Origin: the human T2T-CHM13v2.0 reference genome, Homo sapiens
DNA: 64,000 nucleotides
Direction: 5' to 3' (one strand)
Assembly (NCBI RefSeq): GCF_009914755.1
Contig: NC_060938.1
A model generated the notes under the pieces. That model was not told the DNA's origin, made no database searches, and saw only the letters and a list, made by a program, of their open reading frames with translations. The translations under genes were made by a program, and so were the position numbers. This document shows, piece after piece, positions 22,023-42,365 of the stretch; the first letter of the stretch is position 1; each line of letters begins with the position of its first letter.

Positions 22023-24064
22023 CCATGCTTTTAAAAATTGTTTACTTATGTCCCATCATTGAAGGATAAAATACAAAATCACTGATATTGAGAGACATTC
22101 TCCTCAATCATTTAACATTTTCCTTCACAAACCTGTGCTGTAGCCACACCCAGAACAGGTTATGTTCCTTCAAAGACACACACACTTTTCTATTACTCTC
22201 CTTTTACTCCTTCTATTCCATCTGCTTAGACCATTTTTTACTTGTTTTCTGTCTATCTTCATTCATTTTTCAGGATCCAATTTAAATATTGATACAAAGG
22301 CTGAGATCTTTATATCTTCTCTTATTTAAATTCCTGGAGCACCAGATAACTTCCTCTATTATAATTCTTACTGTATACAACCATAACTCTCATTTGAAAA
22401 CAATAAATACATAATTATAAAATCAGATATATCATAAAATGATTGGTATCAATATGTGAAAAAAACTTCAATGTTGAAAGTACAAGATTACAAGTCATCT
22501 GAAAGTAACTAAACATCAATCAGAGAAAAATGCTCATCATTTTTTGATGAAACCAAAAGTAAGAGAATTTGGTATTAATCTACTACATCATTGGTAAATT
22601 ACATATTAATTATTGTGAGAAAGAAATAATTGATGGAATTTAAAGAAAATCGGTTTTCCTTTATTTTTATTATTCTACCTTAAAGTATTACATTTAATTA
22701 AAATAATGATTTTAAAATTATCCCATCAAGTATGTCATCACACTAAAATCCATTGTATTTAATTTCTCAACTGAGAAATTGTATTCAATTGTATTCAATT
22801 TCTCTACTGAACAATTAATATGAAAGCAATCACATAGCATTCAGAAATTAATAAATATTTAAAGAAATTAAACAGCATTAGATTTTCTTGTTGTAAAATT
22901 TTTTTCTTCTCTCAGTATGGCTTATGTCTCATTGCTTCTATTGAACATAGCACAATTCAAGTATTAATACAACGCCTTTATAAAAGTTGTGAATCTCAGA
23001 AATGAACAAGCTTACCTCCCTAGTTATTTATTAAAAGTTACAAGCCACTTTTTTTAACTTCCTAATAATCTTAGAGGGGTATATTTTGTGTTTTTGTTTG
23101 CTATATCTTTTATAAAGAAGATCCCTAATGATTTGAAAGTTAGAACCAATTTTCTGAAGGATTGAGCTACACTCCTTGAACTTGTGTGTTTGTGGGTGGC
23201 ACACTATGTCTTTTGCAGACCCGGTACCTACCCCTTGGTCTAGAACATATTTTCCTCCACCTGCCTTTTAAGTTTTTATTTCAGCAGGGGTGGATGGTTT
23301 GTGGTTGACTGAAAATAGAACAGGCTACAAAAGCCCTTCCTGTTTGATATTGAATCTGCTATGTGAGTCACCCTTACATTATGAACTGTTAATTAACACA
23401 TTTGGTAAGAGAATATCCTGATCTGCTTTGCATGTGAGGCTCTCCCAGTAATAAACAAAGAAGCATAATTAAACAAGATTTTAATTTCTCTATGCCCTGT
23501 CAGAAATTCAGATACAATTCAAGTCATCTTGGAAATTTTAAGTTGCATTCCCATGTCGTCTCTGTTCTGGCCATTGTGCAATGGGCCTTCAAATGTTGTA
23601 GTAGAAGCCAACTGATATTCCATTGTTATTCATTTATACATAGGTATATATAGGGGGTGTGTATGCAAAAATATATATAAATATTCATATATGTGTACAT
23701 GTGTACATACATACATATGGAGGTAATACAAGTTTGCATTGTTTTTAAAATTTTTTACCCAAATTAACAATGACTCTATTGTATATCTTTATTGGTTATA
23801 TCACATTTATATAAATAAATTTATATCAGTGAGAATTTTCAAGTAAGTGAAATTTGAATTGGATTCAGGGTTTTATTTTTTTGAAATTTCCGATTAAAAT
23901 TACTTGATTTTTTAAATTTTATCTTAAAATATTCCAAGTCCCATTTGTAAAAAAAAAAAATAGAGGATAAAAATGAAGTGTGTTATGAGTCACAAATTTT
24001 TATTTTACTTTAATAATTGTTAAAATAAAATTTTTTCCATGAGGCATTTTATAATGCCCTCTTT

Positions 24065-26595
<2,531 letters not shown>

Positions 26596-26700
26596 TTAAA
26601 GGCTCAAAATCTCAAATGCAGAAAGAATGACTTTTAAATATCCTACATATTTAAACCATTTATTTTTTACAGCAATCCCATATATGCAAAACTGCTACTA

Positions 26701-26937
<237 letters not shown>

Positions 26938-27035
26938 TTACTTATTTTACACTTGCTCTTCTGTGTTTAGTTTCGAAATTATCATCTTCATGCAAAGTAT
27001 TTAGCACTGTGCCTGGCAGATAGAAAAAGTTAGCT

Positions 27036-27036
27036 T

Positions 27037-27071
<35 letters not shown>

Positions 27072-27361
27072 TTTGAGACAGAGTCTTGCTGTGTCTCCAG
27101 GCTGCAGTGCAGTGGTGCAACCTTGGCTCATTGCAACCTCTGCCTCCCGAGTTCAAGCAATTCTCTTGTCAGCCTCCTGAGTAGCTAGGATTACAGGCAT
27201 GCACCACCACGCCAAGCTAATTTTTTTTTAATTTTATTTTTTAAGTAGAGATGGGGTTTCACCATGTTGGCCAAAATGGTCTATGTCTCTTGACCTTCTG
27301 ATCTGCCCACCTCGGCCTCCCAAGTTGCTGGGATTACAGGTGTGAGCCACTGCACCCAGCT
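27036..27361 (-). mobile_element. Alu (AluS-type) with (TTTA)n tail
   Basis: Complete antisense Alu. Confidence 0.92.
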
Positions 27362-27512
27362 GCTAGCTATTATTTCTAATCCTTTGCCATGCTCAGATAT
27401 AATCTTCCCAAATCCAGAAGTAATTTTATAACTTCAGCTAATTGCAGTGATAAATTATTGAAATATTTTCCTAAAGAAAATACACAAATGAAACCTTAAA
27501 AATACAAGGACT

Positions 27513-28099
27513 GGGCTGGGCACAGTGGCTCGCGCCTGTAATTCCAGTACTTTGGGAGGCCGAGCTGTGTGGATCACCTGAGGTCAGGATTTCGAGACAA
27601 GCCTAGCCAACATGGCGAACCGTCGTCTCTACTAAAAATACAAAAATTAGTTGTGCATGGTGGTGGGCCCCTGTAATCCCAGCTACTCGGGAGGCTGAGG
27701 CAGGAAAATCACTTGAACCTGGAGGTGGAAGTTGAAGTGAGTCTAGATCTCACTGCTGGACTGCAGCCTGGGGCAATAGAGCAAAAACTGTCTAAAAAAA
27801 AAAAAAAAAAGACTGGGCGCGGTAGCTCATGCCTGTGATCCCAGCACTTTGGGAGGCCAAGACGGGCAGATCACGAAGTCAGGAGATGGAGACCATCCTG
27901 GCTAACACAGTGAAACCCCGTCTCTACTGAAGATGCAAAAAATTAGCGGGGCATGGTGGTGGATGCCTGTAGTCCCAGCTACTCAGGAAGCTGAGGCAGG
28001 AGAATGGTGTGAACCCGGGAGGCAGAGCTTGCAGTGAGCTGAGATAGCGCCACTTCACTCCAGCCTGGGCAACAGAGGGAGACTCTGTCTCAAAAAAAA

Positions 28100-28155
<56 letters not shown>
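27513..28155 (+). mobile_element. Two head-to-tail Alus: AluS (27513-27810) and AluY (27811-28155) with (GAAA)n tail
   Basis: Two consecutive dimers. The second has AluY features (gaccatcctggctaacac, gagcttgcagtgag). Confidence 0.92.
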
Positions 28156-28158
<3 letters not shown>

Positions 28159-29624
28159 TAGTAAATTATGAAAGAGAAAAAGAGAGAATAAGTATCTTCA
28201 ACAAGAAAAATGAAAATAATAAAAAAAAAAAAAAAAAAAAAAAGAAAAATGAAAATAATAAAAACTATACAATTGCAAAACAATAACTGTTGTTAAAATA
28301 TTTTACATGTCATATTGTAAATAAGACACCCTTAGTGTATGCAGAAATGATTACATTAGTATAGGAAACTGCTGTGATTGTAGATATATAAACTAGAGAA
28401 ATGCAAATCAGAAACAAGTTTATCAACTAGAAGAGAGAAGAAATTTTTATTTGAGTAAATCTACTGTCTATAATTTAAAAATACACAATGGTATTTCTTT
28501 CATTAAATAGCTTTATTTAAATATAAAAATAAAAGCTTATACATAGGCCAGAAGAAATATTGCTGGTTTATAATAAGGTTCATAGGAACTAAAACAGGGT
28601 AATTATATAAGACGGTGTGTAAATAATTATGTTATTTTAGTAAAATTATCCAACACTGTACCTTTCAAATAAAAATATACCTTTTTAAAGGTCAACAAAA
28701 GTTATTGTGCTTCAAATTTTAACATTTATCCTCCAAGTGAAATTACTAAAAGAAGAAACAACTAACCTATAAATAAATAATCTACTTTTTGGAAAAGTTA
28801 ACAAACCTCTCTACACACAATATAATTAAGAAAGATAATAAGAAACATATATAATTTCAAGATTTTCAATTTTTTTTTACTAAGCCAGAGAAGATAAATG
28901 AGTTAATCATTCATGTCAGTAAGTAAATACAGGATCAAAAAACATACCTAATGGAAGGAAATTAATAACAGAAAAGTAAAAATTATAATCTAGAAAATGA
29001 AATATATAAATCGATTCATAAATGGATAAGACTTTTAAGACTTTTTTTGAAGAAATCATTTCAAACTAGAATAAGCAAGAGGAATAGATCAAAACAAAAA
29101 GGAAAACAGTGAAGGTGATATACACATCCTCTTACTGAAAATTAATTTTAAAGAACTGCTTTGTAAACACTAAAACTCAGAGTCATCAATGTGTCTGGAT
29201 ATGGATTCATTTTTATTTCTTCTGCTCAGCACTTGTTTTATACTTTAAATTAGAGTCCTCAAGTCTTTCCTCTGCAATGGAAATTTTATGGCATCGTGTA
29301 AAGTATACAAATAGTGAAGGCATTGCCAGTGTTTTCTTGTGTATAAGTATTCTCTACCATTAGAATGGAAACGTCATCAAAGTGGGCCCTTAGTGAGAAT
29401 GTGCTGAGTGGATGAATACTGTCCTTAAATATGGCTTCTCCATTCTCTTTGGACTCCTTTTGAAACTCCTATCATACATGTGTTGGGGACTTTCTTGACT
29501 GGTCTTTCTGACTTTTAAATCCTTTTATCTGGATAAATTCATCATTATCTCCCAATTGACTAATTCTTTGTGTTTATTGCATTTACACTTCTTTTTTATA
29601 TAATTTTCATTTCTAGTGCTTTTA

Positions 29625-30925
<1,301 letters not shown>

Positions 30926-31699
30926 CTGGATGTTTTCTTCTTAAAAAGCCAGTTGAGAATTCTAAGTGTACTCACTTAAAAGGAAAACTTAGTTTGCTAT
31001 AATATTTCTCATATTTGTTGTGGTGAATTCATCTCTAGGAGGTTTCTTTGTATAATTATTTCATTATCTCTCTAATAGTTAATTCTCCACATGTTTTGTA
31101 ATATTTTTGCACACTCACCTTGAATGAGAAGTTCTCTACAGGTTATAGTCATATAACAAACAGAATTCACCCTCCTTCACCACTAATCACACTTCTGTAT
31201 ATTCAATAAAATGTGCATTTCTTCATGGATACTCTTTGAATCATCTAAATGGAGACTCTTTATAGAAGTATTGAATCATTAATTCTTTCAACTACTGTAC
31301 TCCTTTCCAACATACTGTCTTACTGATTTTTCACTTTTTCCTATTTATATCCATTTTGTTCTACTAACCCGTCTGTCATTGGCCTTCTTCTATAGCCAAC
31401 CTCAAATTTCAGTTCACACTAGCTGTGAACAGCACTCAAATTGCTGCTGTATTCTTAAAATATAAATTTACTTCATAAAGCAAAAGTGAATTATATGCAT
31501 GTTACAAAAAATATTCCTAGCAGAGATAAGATGGGATGGTATTTGCTGGGATGTGCAGCATCGTTTTTTCCAAATTAATTTCTCTCAGAATTCTCTCCTC
31601 CCTACTGCCAGGCAGAGCTCACCACTCACATGTCATGAATGACATTTTTAGTCATTTTTCGTCTTATCTGATCATATGACTTGAATTAATGTTTAGATC

Positions 31700-32030
31700 T
31701 GCTAAGGGCAAACACCACCATGGAATTAAATTGGCAAGAGGGAAGAAGGAGGAAGCAGGAGAAGGTGGGTAGAGTCTTCAGACTAGGGTGCAGATCTTAC
31801 ACCTGTAGAGGGAAAGAGGGAAGGAAGGCTGATTGGAGTAGAAAGAGACTGCAGCATGGTTCCAAGAATGCTTTGGCCTAGGTCACTGCGGACTCCTTAA
31901 ATTAAAGTTACTCATTGGAGACTCTCAGAACTCACTAGAAACGTCCTCACATACAATCCCCATGTAGCTCTATGACCGTTGGAAACATGACTGCTGCACA
32001 AGTGTAGAAGTGCTTCCAGAGACAGAGGGC
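31700..32030. mobile_element. Probable old ERVL-class LTR remnant
   Basis: ggaagcaggagaaggtgggtagagtcttcagactagggtgcagatcttacacctgtagagggaaagagggaagg resembles LTR16/LTR33-group LTRs; adjacent to ERVL internal sequence. Confidence 0.4.
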
Positions 32031-32302
32031 TAAAGCCAGGCTGTCGCTGACTTATGCTGTCTGATTCAGGATATCTGCATTGCAAATTTCCTTGGTCATT
32101 AAAATCCATTACCCCCACCTCCTAACCCCACCACAGCACACACATATTTGTCCAAACAGGTTCTTCATACCAGCTCTTCCAAAATTCCCATGATCCTCTC
32201 TTTTCCAAGGGGAATCTTAGAAAAGGAAGGTTAATGAGACCAACTATTGCCCATGCTATAGCAGTTGGTCTCAGAACTTCCTTTGAATGCCCAGTTGTTT
32301 GA

Positions 32303-32373
32303 GGGGGAGAGAAAGAGAGAGAGAGAGTATGGGAATGGGGAGTGTGTGTGTGTGTGTGAGTGTGTGTGTGTGA

Positions 32374-32405
<32 letters not shown>
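32303..32405. repeat. Compound (GA)n-(GT)n-(GA)n microsatellite
   Basis: Directly visible. Confidence 0.95.
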
Positions 32406-32479
32406 AATTATCTCTGCTTCTTTTGTAGAAAAGTAGCCCTGCCTCCTCCTACTAATCAGGGTGTATTCATCCTGCCCCA

Positions 32480-34230
32480 GTGGTGACGTATTTCTTGTCT
32501 TTTGGTTACTGGACCTAAGGAATCTAAAGCACCTAACAGATAACATTCTTTAGAGAGCAGGACTTGCCTGCCTTCCAGAGCCCAGAGCTGCAGTGATGAG
32601 AAGCACAGGAAAACCTGAGAAGATTATTGGGAGCATTTGTAATTAGGGACATTCCTGTTTCTACCTCTTGTTTTCTGAACCTGTAGATTCTTCCTATGGA
32701 AGAACAACTACTATATAAAGATCTGTGATAGAATATGTATAAAAGATGGTGCCCCCTGCATTCAGAATGTCTCCTTTAGCATAGTGCCTCAGTTGCATCT
32801 TTAGAATGTTTCTCCAGGGCTCCATGAGTCTAGCTGCTTCTTGAAGAGTGTATGTAATACAAATAGTAGATCACATGGTCATGGACCCACTTCTGCCCAT
32901 CCTTTGCTGTGAACAAGGAAACCTGGTCAAATGCTATACCATGTGGGATTTTATGCCTGTGGATCAGGAATTCTGGAAGCCTCAGAAAAGTGGTCCTGGC
33001 TCAGGCTCTGTGAACAGAAGTGCCAAACCCAGCCCTGGAATAAGGATATATCCCTCTGAGGATGAAAAGTTGGTCATTCAAGGTCAAAAGACTTGCCATA
33101 TAAGAGTCTCATTATTGATTTATGCTGTTGAAAAGTAGGACAGTCAGAGGCAGCAGTAGTTAGATAAACCTTGATACATAGAAGTCCAGGCTGTGGGGCC
33201 CATATGTATCGTCCATCTCTGCTAACATGGTCATATGAGTGACTGCATATGTGTGACTGTTGTGCTTGTTGTGGGAAAGCCAATCTCCAAGGCTGGCAGC
33301 TTGTCAAGTCATTTTGTCTGATTGGTTATTGAGTGCCTCTTCTCTGGTGAGTGCTTTCTTGTGAGTGTTAACATGCAATACAAGATTCTTTACACTCCAT
33401 GCCTGCTCCTGCATGTCCACCCATATGCTTCTAACCCAGCTTCCTTGTCTCAGATATTTCAGTTCTTTTCTATCTAAGCCTCTGACAAGATGATTCACCC
33501 ACTGACTACGGCAAAGAAATCTGTTTATATTCCTGCCTTAGGCCATGCTTCTTCTATGTAAAGTAGATGGCCAGGGCCACTGCTCCCAGTGCTGCTAATA
33601 GGGAATATTTTAATTTCCTTCTGTCTTTCAGAGTCATTCTTGCATTGGGCTGCAATGCAACTACACCTTTAAACAGAGATTGCCCCTTTCTCCCTCCTTC
33701 AGATGGCCACAGGGACACAAATGCAGTCACAGGTGTGAGCTGAAGGAAGGTTGCTGGTGGAAACATGGTGGGTGACATGAGGATCTGGGTTACTTGCTAT
33801 TCAACTTATCCACTTGCTCTCATCTTGCTTGGCCTTTGTCTTATATTTACTATTTCCACCTCATGATGAACTACTTCTTTTCCCTTCTGGTGTCATGACT
33901 CGGTGGTTTCAATAGAACTCAGCCTGCAAGAGGTAGCACCAGAAGCATGGTAACTTATCAAGCACAGCATCTCTCCTAGGTCCAACATATAATTCTCTGC
34001 TATGGAGGGCATGGCTTTGTTTCAGAATCCCAGGAGCTGGTGTTGTAATTCTTTCACTGAGAATTGCCATGTGTGCCACACTGCGACCACCACTGACATC
34101 TGCAAGAATACAGGTCCTGCAAGGTCATATGACCCAAGCTGCAGGGCTGTTCACAATGGAGCCTGGACATGCTGTGGAGCCCTGTCCTGCCCTGTACTCT
34201 TCAAACCCTGTGGTCTTCCTAGCTCCCTGA
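32480..34230 (-). mobile_element. Decayed ERVL-class internal (pol RNase H/integrase) remnant
   Basis: The minus-strand peptide HVNTHKKALTREEALNNQSDKMT resembles ERVL HVSAHQ....EE.FNNQVD.MT. The adjacent SRDGRYIWAPQPGL...LTTAASDCPTFQQ resembles the integrase HHCC region. Confidence 0.6.
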
Positions 34231-34329
34231 CTTGTCTTGTGGCTTACTTGTGTTATGTTGCTTAGGGTTTCTTGAGTTTTATGAGTTTGTATTTTTATAA
34301 CTGTATAGATATAGATGGATAGATATAGA

Positions 34330-35470
<1,141 letters not shown>

Positions 35471-37682
35471 ATTTATTAGATTCTAAAACATTAATTTGCT
35501 TCCATCCATTATATTTATTCACAAATCCTACAATAGTATGTTTTGGAAGACCTGTAATAGACACAGTAACTGGCATATTCATAAAGGAAATTTCCTTATG
35601 TAGGATAGTTTTTAGGGGAAATGCCTGAAACAAAAAAATCTGCATCTGCTTATCATAATTCACTGCATAAAAGATCTAAATGTGTAACTGGCAATCAACT
35701 TAGCTTTGATTATCTTTCATAGCAGCATGGATCAATTATGTTTACCCAGTTGGCTATTTCTCCATGCTAAACTCATATTGCATACATGCCTCTGAAATTC
35801 CAGTCATGTATAGTCTATAATGTAAACCTATATTACACAATTTGTATACTTTTCCACTTTAAAGGGGGGATTTATACCTGCAAAGGGACTTGACCTACAA
35901 CTATCATCCAATTCTGTTCCAAATTTTGGATACTATGACTCTATCCTGGAAATGATTCAGTAGTTTTGTTTCATTTGACTCTTCCTACAGACATAATGTG
36001 TTGAAGTAAACCTGTTTTTTATGTTTGGAAAGTAGCCTTTTGATGGGTGTTTTCTAGCTTTTGGAAAACATGTACTCGAAGCAGAAGTAACTAGTTGTTG
36101 AGGGAATAGAACCACAGCATTTCTGACCTAGGCAAATTGAAACCTTGTCATCCTTGATGACAAACATAACATGACACATGATTGCCTTTTTCAGGGAGTT
36201 CTTATGTAAAATATTTTATCCCCAACTAGTTGGTATCATTCAAATCAAATTTTATAATTTTACTCTGTATTAGGATGCAGTTTTATAATTTCCAAAGCAT
36301 CTTTACGCATATTTTTTCTCAAATAAATCCTACAGCAACTGTGTGAGATACTCAAAGGTGAGAATATTATCCCCATTTTACAACTGAGCAAGCAGACTTC
36401 AAGATTTGTTAACTTTTTAGAGCTGAAGTTTAGTCCACTATTTTATGTTATCAACCTTTGATTTGCTGTGCTATACCCACCAATTTAGAAAAGAATTTAC
36501 CCAAGATTGTAACATATAATACAATTAATTTATTTGTTTTTCTCTCCCCTTGAAAACAGAAACAGTGGTGATTATGGAGTATCCACTGATTATTTTGCTG
36601 GGACAAGTTGATGTCACTAAATTTATAAATTGAACTGAACTGATAACCTCAGTTATTTTACCAAAATTCCTTCTTTTAATATTATATAAACTGTAGAATG
36701 CAGAAGAGGTACTTTTAATTTCTAATTATTTAAGTAGAGGAAGACTTAACACTTCCTTTTAGGCTCACACATAAAATTTCTGGTTGATACATCACCAGCG
36801 ATTGTGTTTCAGCATGTATGTAAATGCAGCTTTCTGAATAGGCAAACTTATAGGAAATATGGAATATCATTGTATTTACATACAGCAGTATCTCAGACAT
36901 CATTCCAAAAACTAAAGGACAATGAGGAAATATTTCCAAAAGCCATATTACAGTGCTTTGGGGGAGGTAAAAGAGAGAATGCTGCAATATGTTTTCCTGT
37001 TTGACTGACTCAAGCTACATTCTAGGAGATATTTTAAAAAGTTAATAAAATCTCTGTGTCATAGTCAAAAGATGTAAGGCAAACCACAATTATCCAAGGA
37101 AATCTGAAATGAATATTACTAAATACAACCTTCTGGATTTGGCTTTACTTACCTAGTATGTTGACTATGTCTGCTTATGGTTTTCTTACTTATGCCTACC
37201 TACACCATCTTTTAATTAAATGTGCTGATAAAATTTCATCTAAGTGCAGAATTTCCTTTGCTTGACACAAACACTTTGTTCTACTGTGAATCAACTGCTG
37301 GAGCTTTCTATTGTATGGATGTCTACAAAGGGATGTGCTGTAACTCAAGTATAAGTAGATGGTTCTTTCCTTGTTGTAAATCAAATTGGTATAACCTGTG
37401 ACTGGGTTCGATGTGGCCCCAGTTTCCTGAGGCCTGTGAAAATTGCTAGGTTGCTCGTTTTCATTTTTTCTTATCACCTTAACTGGAGTTGGAGGCCCTT
37501 GCAAGTCCAGGACAATGACGTCTTAGGCAACCTCAGTTGTCTAGTGTGACTTAATAAGCCTGATGTATGTAGTAGAACCAATCTTTTCTTTTATATATAT
37601 TGCCATTTTAAGTTATGTGAACCTTATTCTCTAGGTTACAGGTATTGGATTATTTTAGTTCTTTATTATAATAAGCAAGGTG

Positions 37683-37995
<313 letters not shown>

Positions 37996-38380
37996 CTAAT
38001 TTGATTTTTTAACTCCTAAATTCTACCACTTTCCTTACTCGCTTTCTAATGAAAATTGATGGAGAAAATAAACTGAAAATATCACAATTCTAACTATTCC
38101 ACTATTTTGAGATTCTAAAATTATTGGCTTTTGGTGTTCACTGATTCATGTCGGATTTTTAGTAGCATAATCAAACCTTTTTTTGGCAATGGTATAGAGT
38201 GCAAAATGCAAAGCCATTTGCCATGGTGTAGATGCTCACAGTATGCCCCTGCATCTAAAGAGATACTATTCTCCAACATAAATCAGACATATAGAAAATA
38301 CTTACAGCACAGAAAATATGAACTATGGCATAGAAATACATTAAATTAGCTAAATGACATCCCTAATAAAAATCTGAATC

Positions 38381-38683
<303 letters not shown>

Positions 38684-38823
38684 CTAAAACTGGGAATTTT
38701 ATGTTTAAGTAGATTCACTTAATTTTTTCCTATAATCTCCCGGGACAAATAAATGTTTTCCACAGTTGCGCTTAACAAACTGAAGAACTGGAAGGAGAAA
38801 CAACATTATTAATAATTACTTCC

Positions 38824-39246
38824 AGAGTGGGGCGTGGCTCACATCTGTAATCCCAGCACTTTGGGAGGCCGAGGTGGGCTCATCACGAGGTTAAGAGATC
38901 GAGACCATCCTTGCTAACACGGTGAAAACCAACCTGTACTAAAAATACAAAAAATTAGCCGGGCATAGTGGCGGGCGCCTGTGGTCCCAGCTACTTGGGA
39001 GTCTGAGGCAAGAGAATCGCTTGAGGAAGGCTGGCCAACTTGGCTAAACCCCATCTCTACTAAAACTACAAAAATTAGCTGGGCATGTTGGCGCATGTCT
39101 GTAATCCTAGCTACTCCCAGAGGCTGAGACAAGAGAATCGCTTGATCCCGGGAGGCAGAAGTTACAGCAAGCCGAGATCACGCCACTCCACTCCAACCTG
39201 CTCTACAGAACAAGACTCCGTCTCTCAAAAAAAAAAAAAAAAAAAA
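38824..39246 (+). mobile_element. Composite (over-length) Alu
   Basis: Alu body up to ...gaatcgcttga (39025), then re-entry at ctggccaac in a left arm and a second linker and right arm. Flanked by tacttcc on both sides. Confidence 0.85.
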
Positions 39247-40249
39247 TACTTCCTACGATGCATGATTAGAATACAAAGTTTTCTATTCTTTTCTTTTAAA
39301 AATAAATATCTTAGCTGCCTGATTTCATTCTGGCCATCAAAATTGCCTAAAGTCTTTGTGGGCAATATCATCAACCCTTGAGGGAAATTCAAGATATTCC
39401 CAACACAGAAATATTCTTAGTTGAAAAGAGTATGGGATGACAATTTTCAACCTGGCATATATATAAAGAAGAAAAATGTTGGGTAAATGAACAGCAAAAG
39501 AAAGATGACATTCATATGTCCTATGCAATTCTGAATACTTATTTTATGTAGGTGAATATTTTAATGAAAGACATTTATTGATCCAAAATATTTTTTAACT
39601 TAACGAACTTTGGCAAAACAATGCCCTTCAGTCAGTGACTATATTATCAAGTTTCACCTACCTCTGTTCAAGGAAACAAAAATAATAGTAATTCCATACT
39701 CAGTATGTGTGAGAAAATAAGAGCTGTGTTTAGTTCTAATTATTTTGAGTTATGCCACATAACACATAACAGTATACATTTATTTTGAGTTCATATGTAG
39801 AATTAGACTACTTTTTAATTTTGGGAACATGGAGAACAATATTATAGGATTATATTAGTAAGGCTGTGGTAAATACTAACATTAAGCTCTCCTTATGTGA
39901 CACACACAGTTCCTTCACCAAAATGGGCAAAATTTTAGCTGAAGACTTATAATGAAGCCTAGATATTCATGAAGCAATTAAACAACTTGACCATTATTAG
40001 AATATAGTAAATACATGCATGTGCAATACCAGCCTCTTTTTTTCTCACTTTATGTTTTTTGAATGTCATTAGATTTACATATCCTGCTAACATAACATAA
40101 AAACAAACCTTAAGTTTCAAGAAATTAACAATTCTAGTTACATACTATTTACATGTTTTTCTTATTAACTATTAGTTATTTCAAAACTTACCTTTTATGT
40201 TTTGAGATAAAAAATATCTAATAGAAATATAGTTTTTTGAGAAGAATGC

Positions 40250-40569
40250 CTTTTTTATTATTTTTATTTTTATTTCTTTATTTTTTGTTTGAGACAACAT
40301 CTTGCTCTGTCACCCAGGCTGGTGTGCACTGGCATGATGTTGGCTCACTGCAATCTCTGCCTCCCAGGTTCAGGTGATTCTCCTTCTTCAGCCTCCCAGG
40401 CAGGTGGGATTAGAGTAGCATGCCACCACACCTGGCTAATTTTTGTATTTTTAGTAAACATGGAGTTTTACCATGTTGGCTAGGCTGGTCTTGAACTCCT
40501 GACCTCAAGTGATCCGTCCTCAGCCTCCTAAAGTACTGGGATTACAGGCATGAGCTACTGCACCTGGCT
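40250..40569 (-). mobile_element. Alu (AluS/J-type)
   Basis: Complete antisense Alu. Confidence 0.9.
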
Positions 40570-41319
40570 CTTTTTAAATTATTTTTAAAGGATACTTTAG
40601 TTTTCCTAGTAATCCATGTGAATGTATTCTCTATGAACTATAGTGTGTGTGTTTACTTTTTATATATAGAATACTACTGAGGAACAAGCTGTTTCTGTAA
40701 ATGAAATGGGACTGAACCTCTACCTTGGTTGTGTTCTACATGTTACAGAGACCTGGACAGAGACAGTATGATCATCTCATGAACATCACATAATCTCCTG
40801 TCACAGTCCCAAGATAAAACATTTCCTTAAAATCAAGACTTGCTTTAATAACCATCACATTTATTACAACAATACCTTCCCACTATAATCAATATGGATA
40901 TAAACAGCCTTTGTTCTATTTTTCTCATACTTGGAAGACTTTTGCTTTCATTCCATGAAAATCTTGTATTTCTCTTCAATTATTATAATTAGAAAAATAG
41001 TGCTGGAGGAGAAAAAATAAAACAGCACAGAAAGGAAAGGGGCTCCTGCAATGCACTGTTTAGACAGATAAGGTAGCCAGGCCAGGTGATGGTCAGGTAG
41101 GGATTGCCTTCTTCTCTCTGGTGGTGAGAATTGAGAATTGCTGAGAGGTGTGCAAGTGGAGCTGATTGAGCCAGAGCACAGTCCAGCTTTCTTCCATGTT
41201 CTCTACATAAAATAATCAATAATCTTCAGCATTAAGACCTCATGATCTCATGTTTTGAGAAGGAGAGTTGAGAAACACCTACTAGTCTTATGATAGGTTG
41301 AGTACTTTAAAGAGTTTTG

Positions 41320-41625
41320 GGCCAGGTGTGGTGACTCACGCCTGTAATCCCAGCACTTTGGGAGGCTGAGGCACGTGGATCACGAGGTCAGGAGATCGAG
41401 TCCATCCTGGCCAACATGGTGAAACCCCATCTCTACTAAAAATACAAAAATTTAGCCGAGCATGGTGGCACGCACCTGTAGTCCCAGCTACTCGGGAGGC
41501 TGAGGCAAGAAAATCCCTTGATCTGGGGAGGTGGAAATTGCATGAGCTGAGATTGCACCACTGCACTCCAGCCTGGGTGACAGAGTTAGACTCCATCTCA
41601 AAAAAAAAAAAAAAAAAAAAAAAAA
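41320..41625 (+). mobile_element. Alu (AluSc-like)
   Basis: Complete dimer; TSD aaaga(g/a)ttttg. Confidence 0.92.
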
Positions 41626-42202
41626 GAATTTTGAAGCTTCTTAATTCCATTTATTTAAGACATTATTCTCATTGGGATTAGGGGGGAATCCCTGAATTTT
41701 GGTAAAAACAAATCCAAGTCACAAAATCAGAAAAAAAAAGGGAAGATATAGGATGATGCGTTTCATTCTTCATATGAATATGCATTTTACAAATATATAA
41801 CTAAGACCAATTTCGGATTTATTTCCAGGCTTGGAGATAACTTATGGAAACTTTTAACATTAAAGTTAAATTTGCAATTCAGAATTAATCCATACATTAT
41901 TTCACTGTTTTCTTGTTAATATTAAATTCTGCTTACTCAGTAAAGTTTATTATTTGAATATAACAAGAATGTGTGAATTGTAAATTCCATGCTAAAGTCT
42001 GGAACATTTCTACAAAATTCAGTTTAGCAAATATTTGTTAAGACTTCAGTCAAAGCCTTTTACAACTGCACTGCTCTAGGTTTTGAGGACTCAAAATAAT
42101 CTCTGCTCACAAACCAGACATGCAGACAAATAAGGTTCTATGTATTAAGGTCAATAATAGAATTTTGCTGAAGACAAAATATTATCGCAGACACAAAAAA
42201 AT

Positions 42203-42365
42203 GAGCCAGGCATGGTGGCAAGTGCCTGTAATCCAAGCTACTCAGGAGGGTAAGGAAGGAGAATAGCTTGAACCCAGGAGGCAGAGGTTGCAGTGAGCCA
42301 AGATCACATCACTGCACTCATCTTGGGCAACAGAGTGAGACTTCATCTCAAAAAAAAAAAAAAAT
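42203..42365 (+). mobile_element. Alu right monomer
   Basis: agccaggcatggtggc... through to poly(A). Confidence 0.85.
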
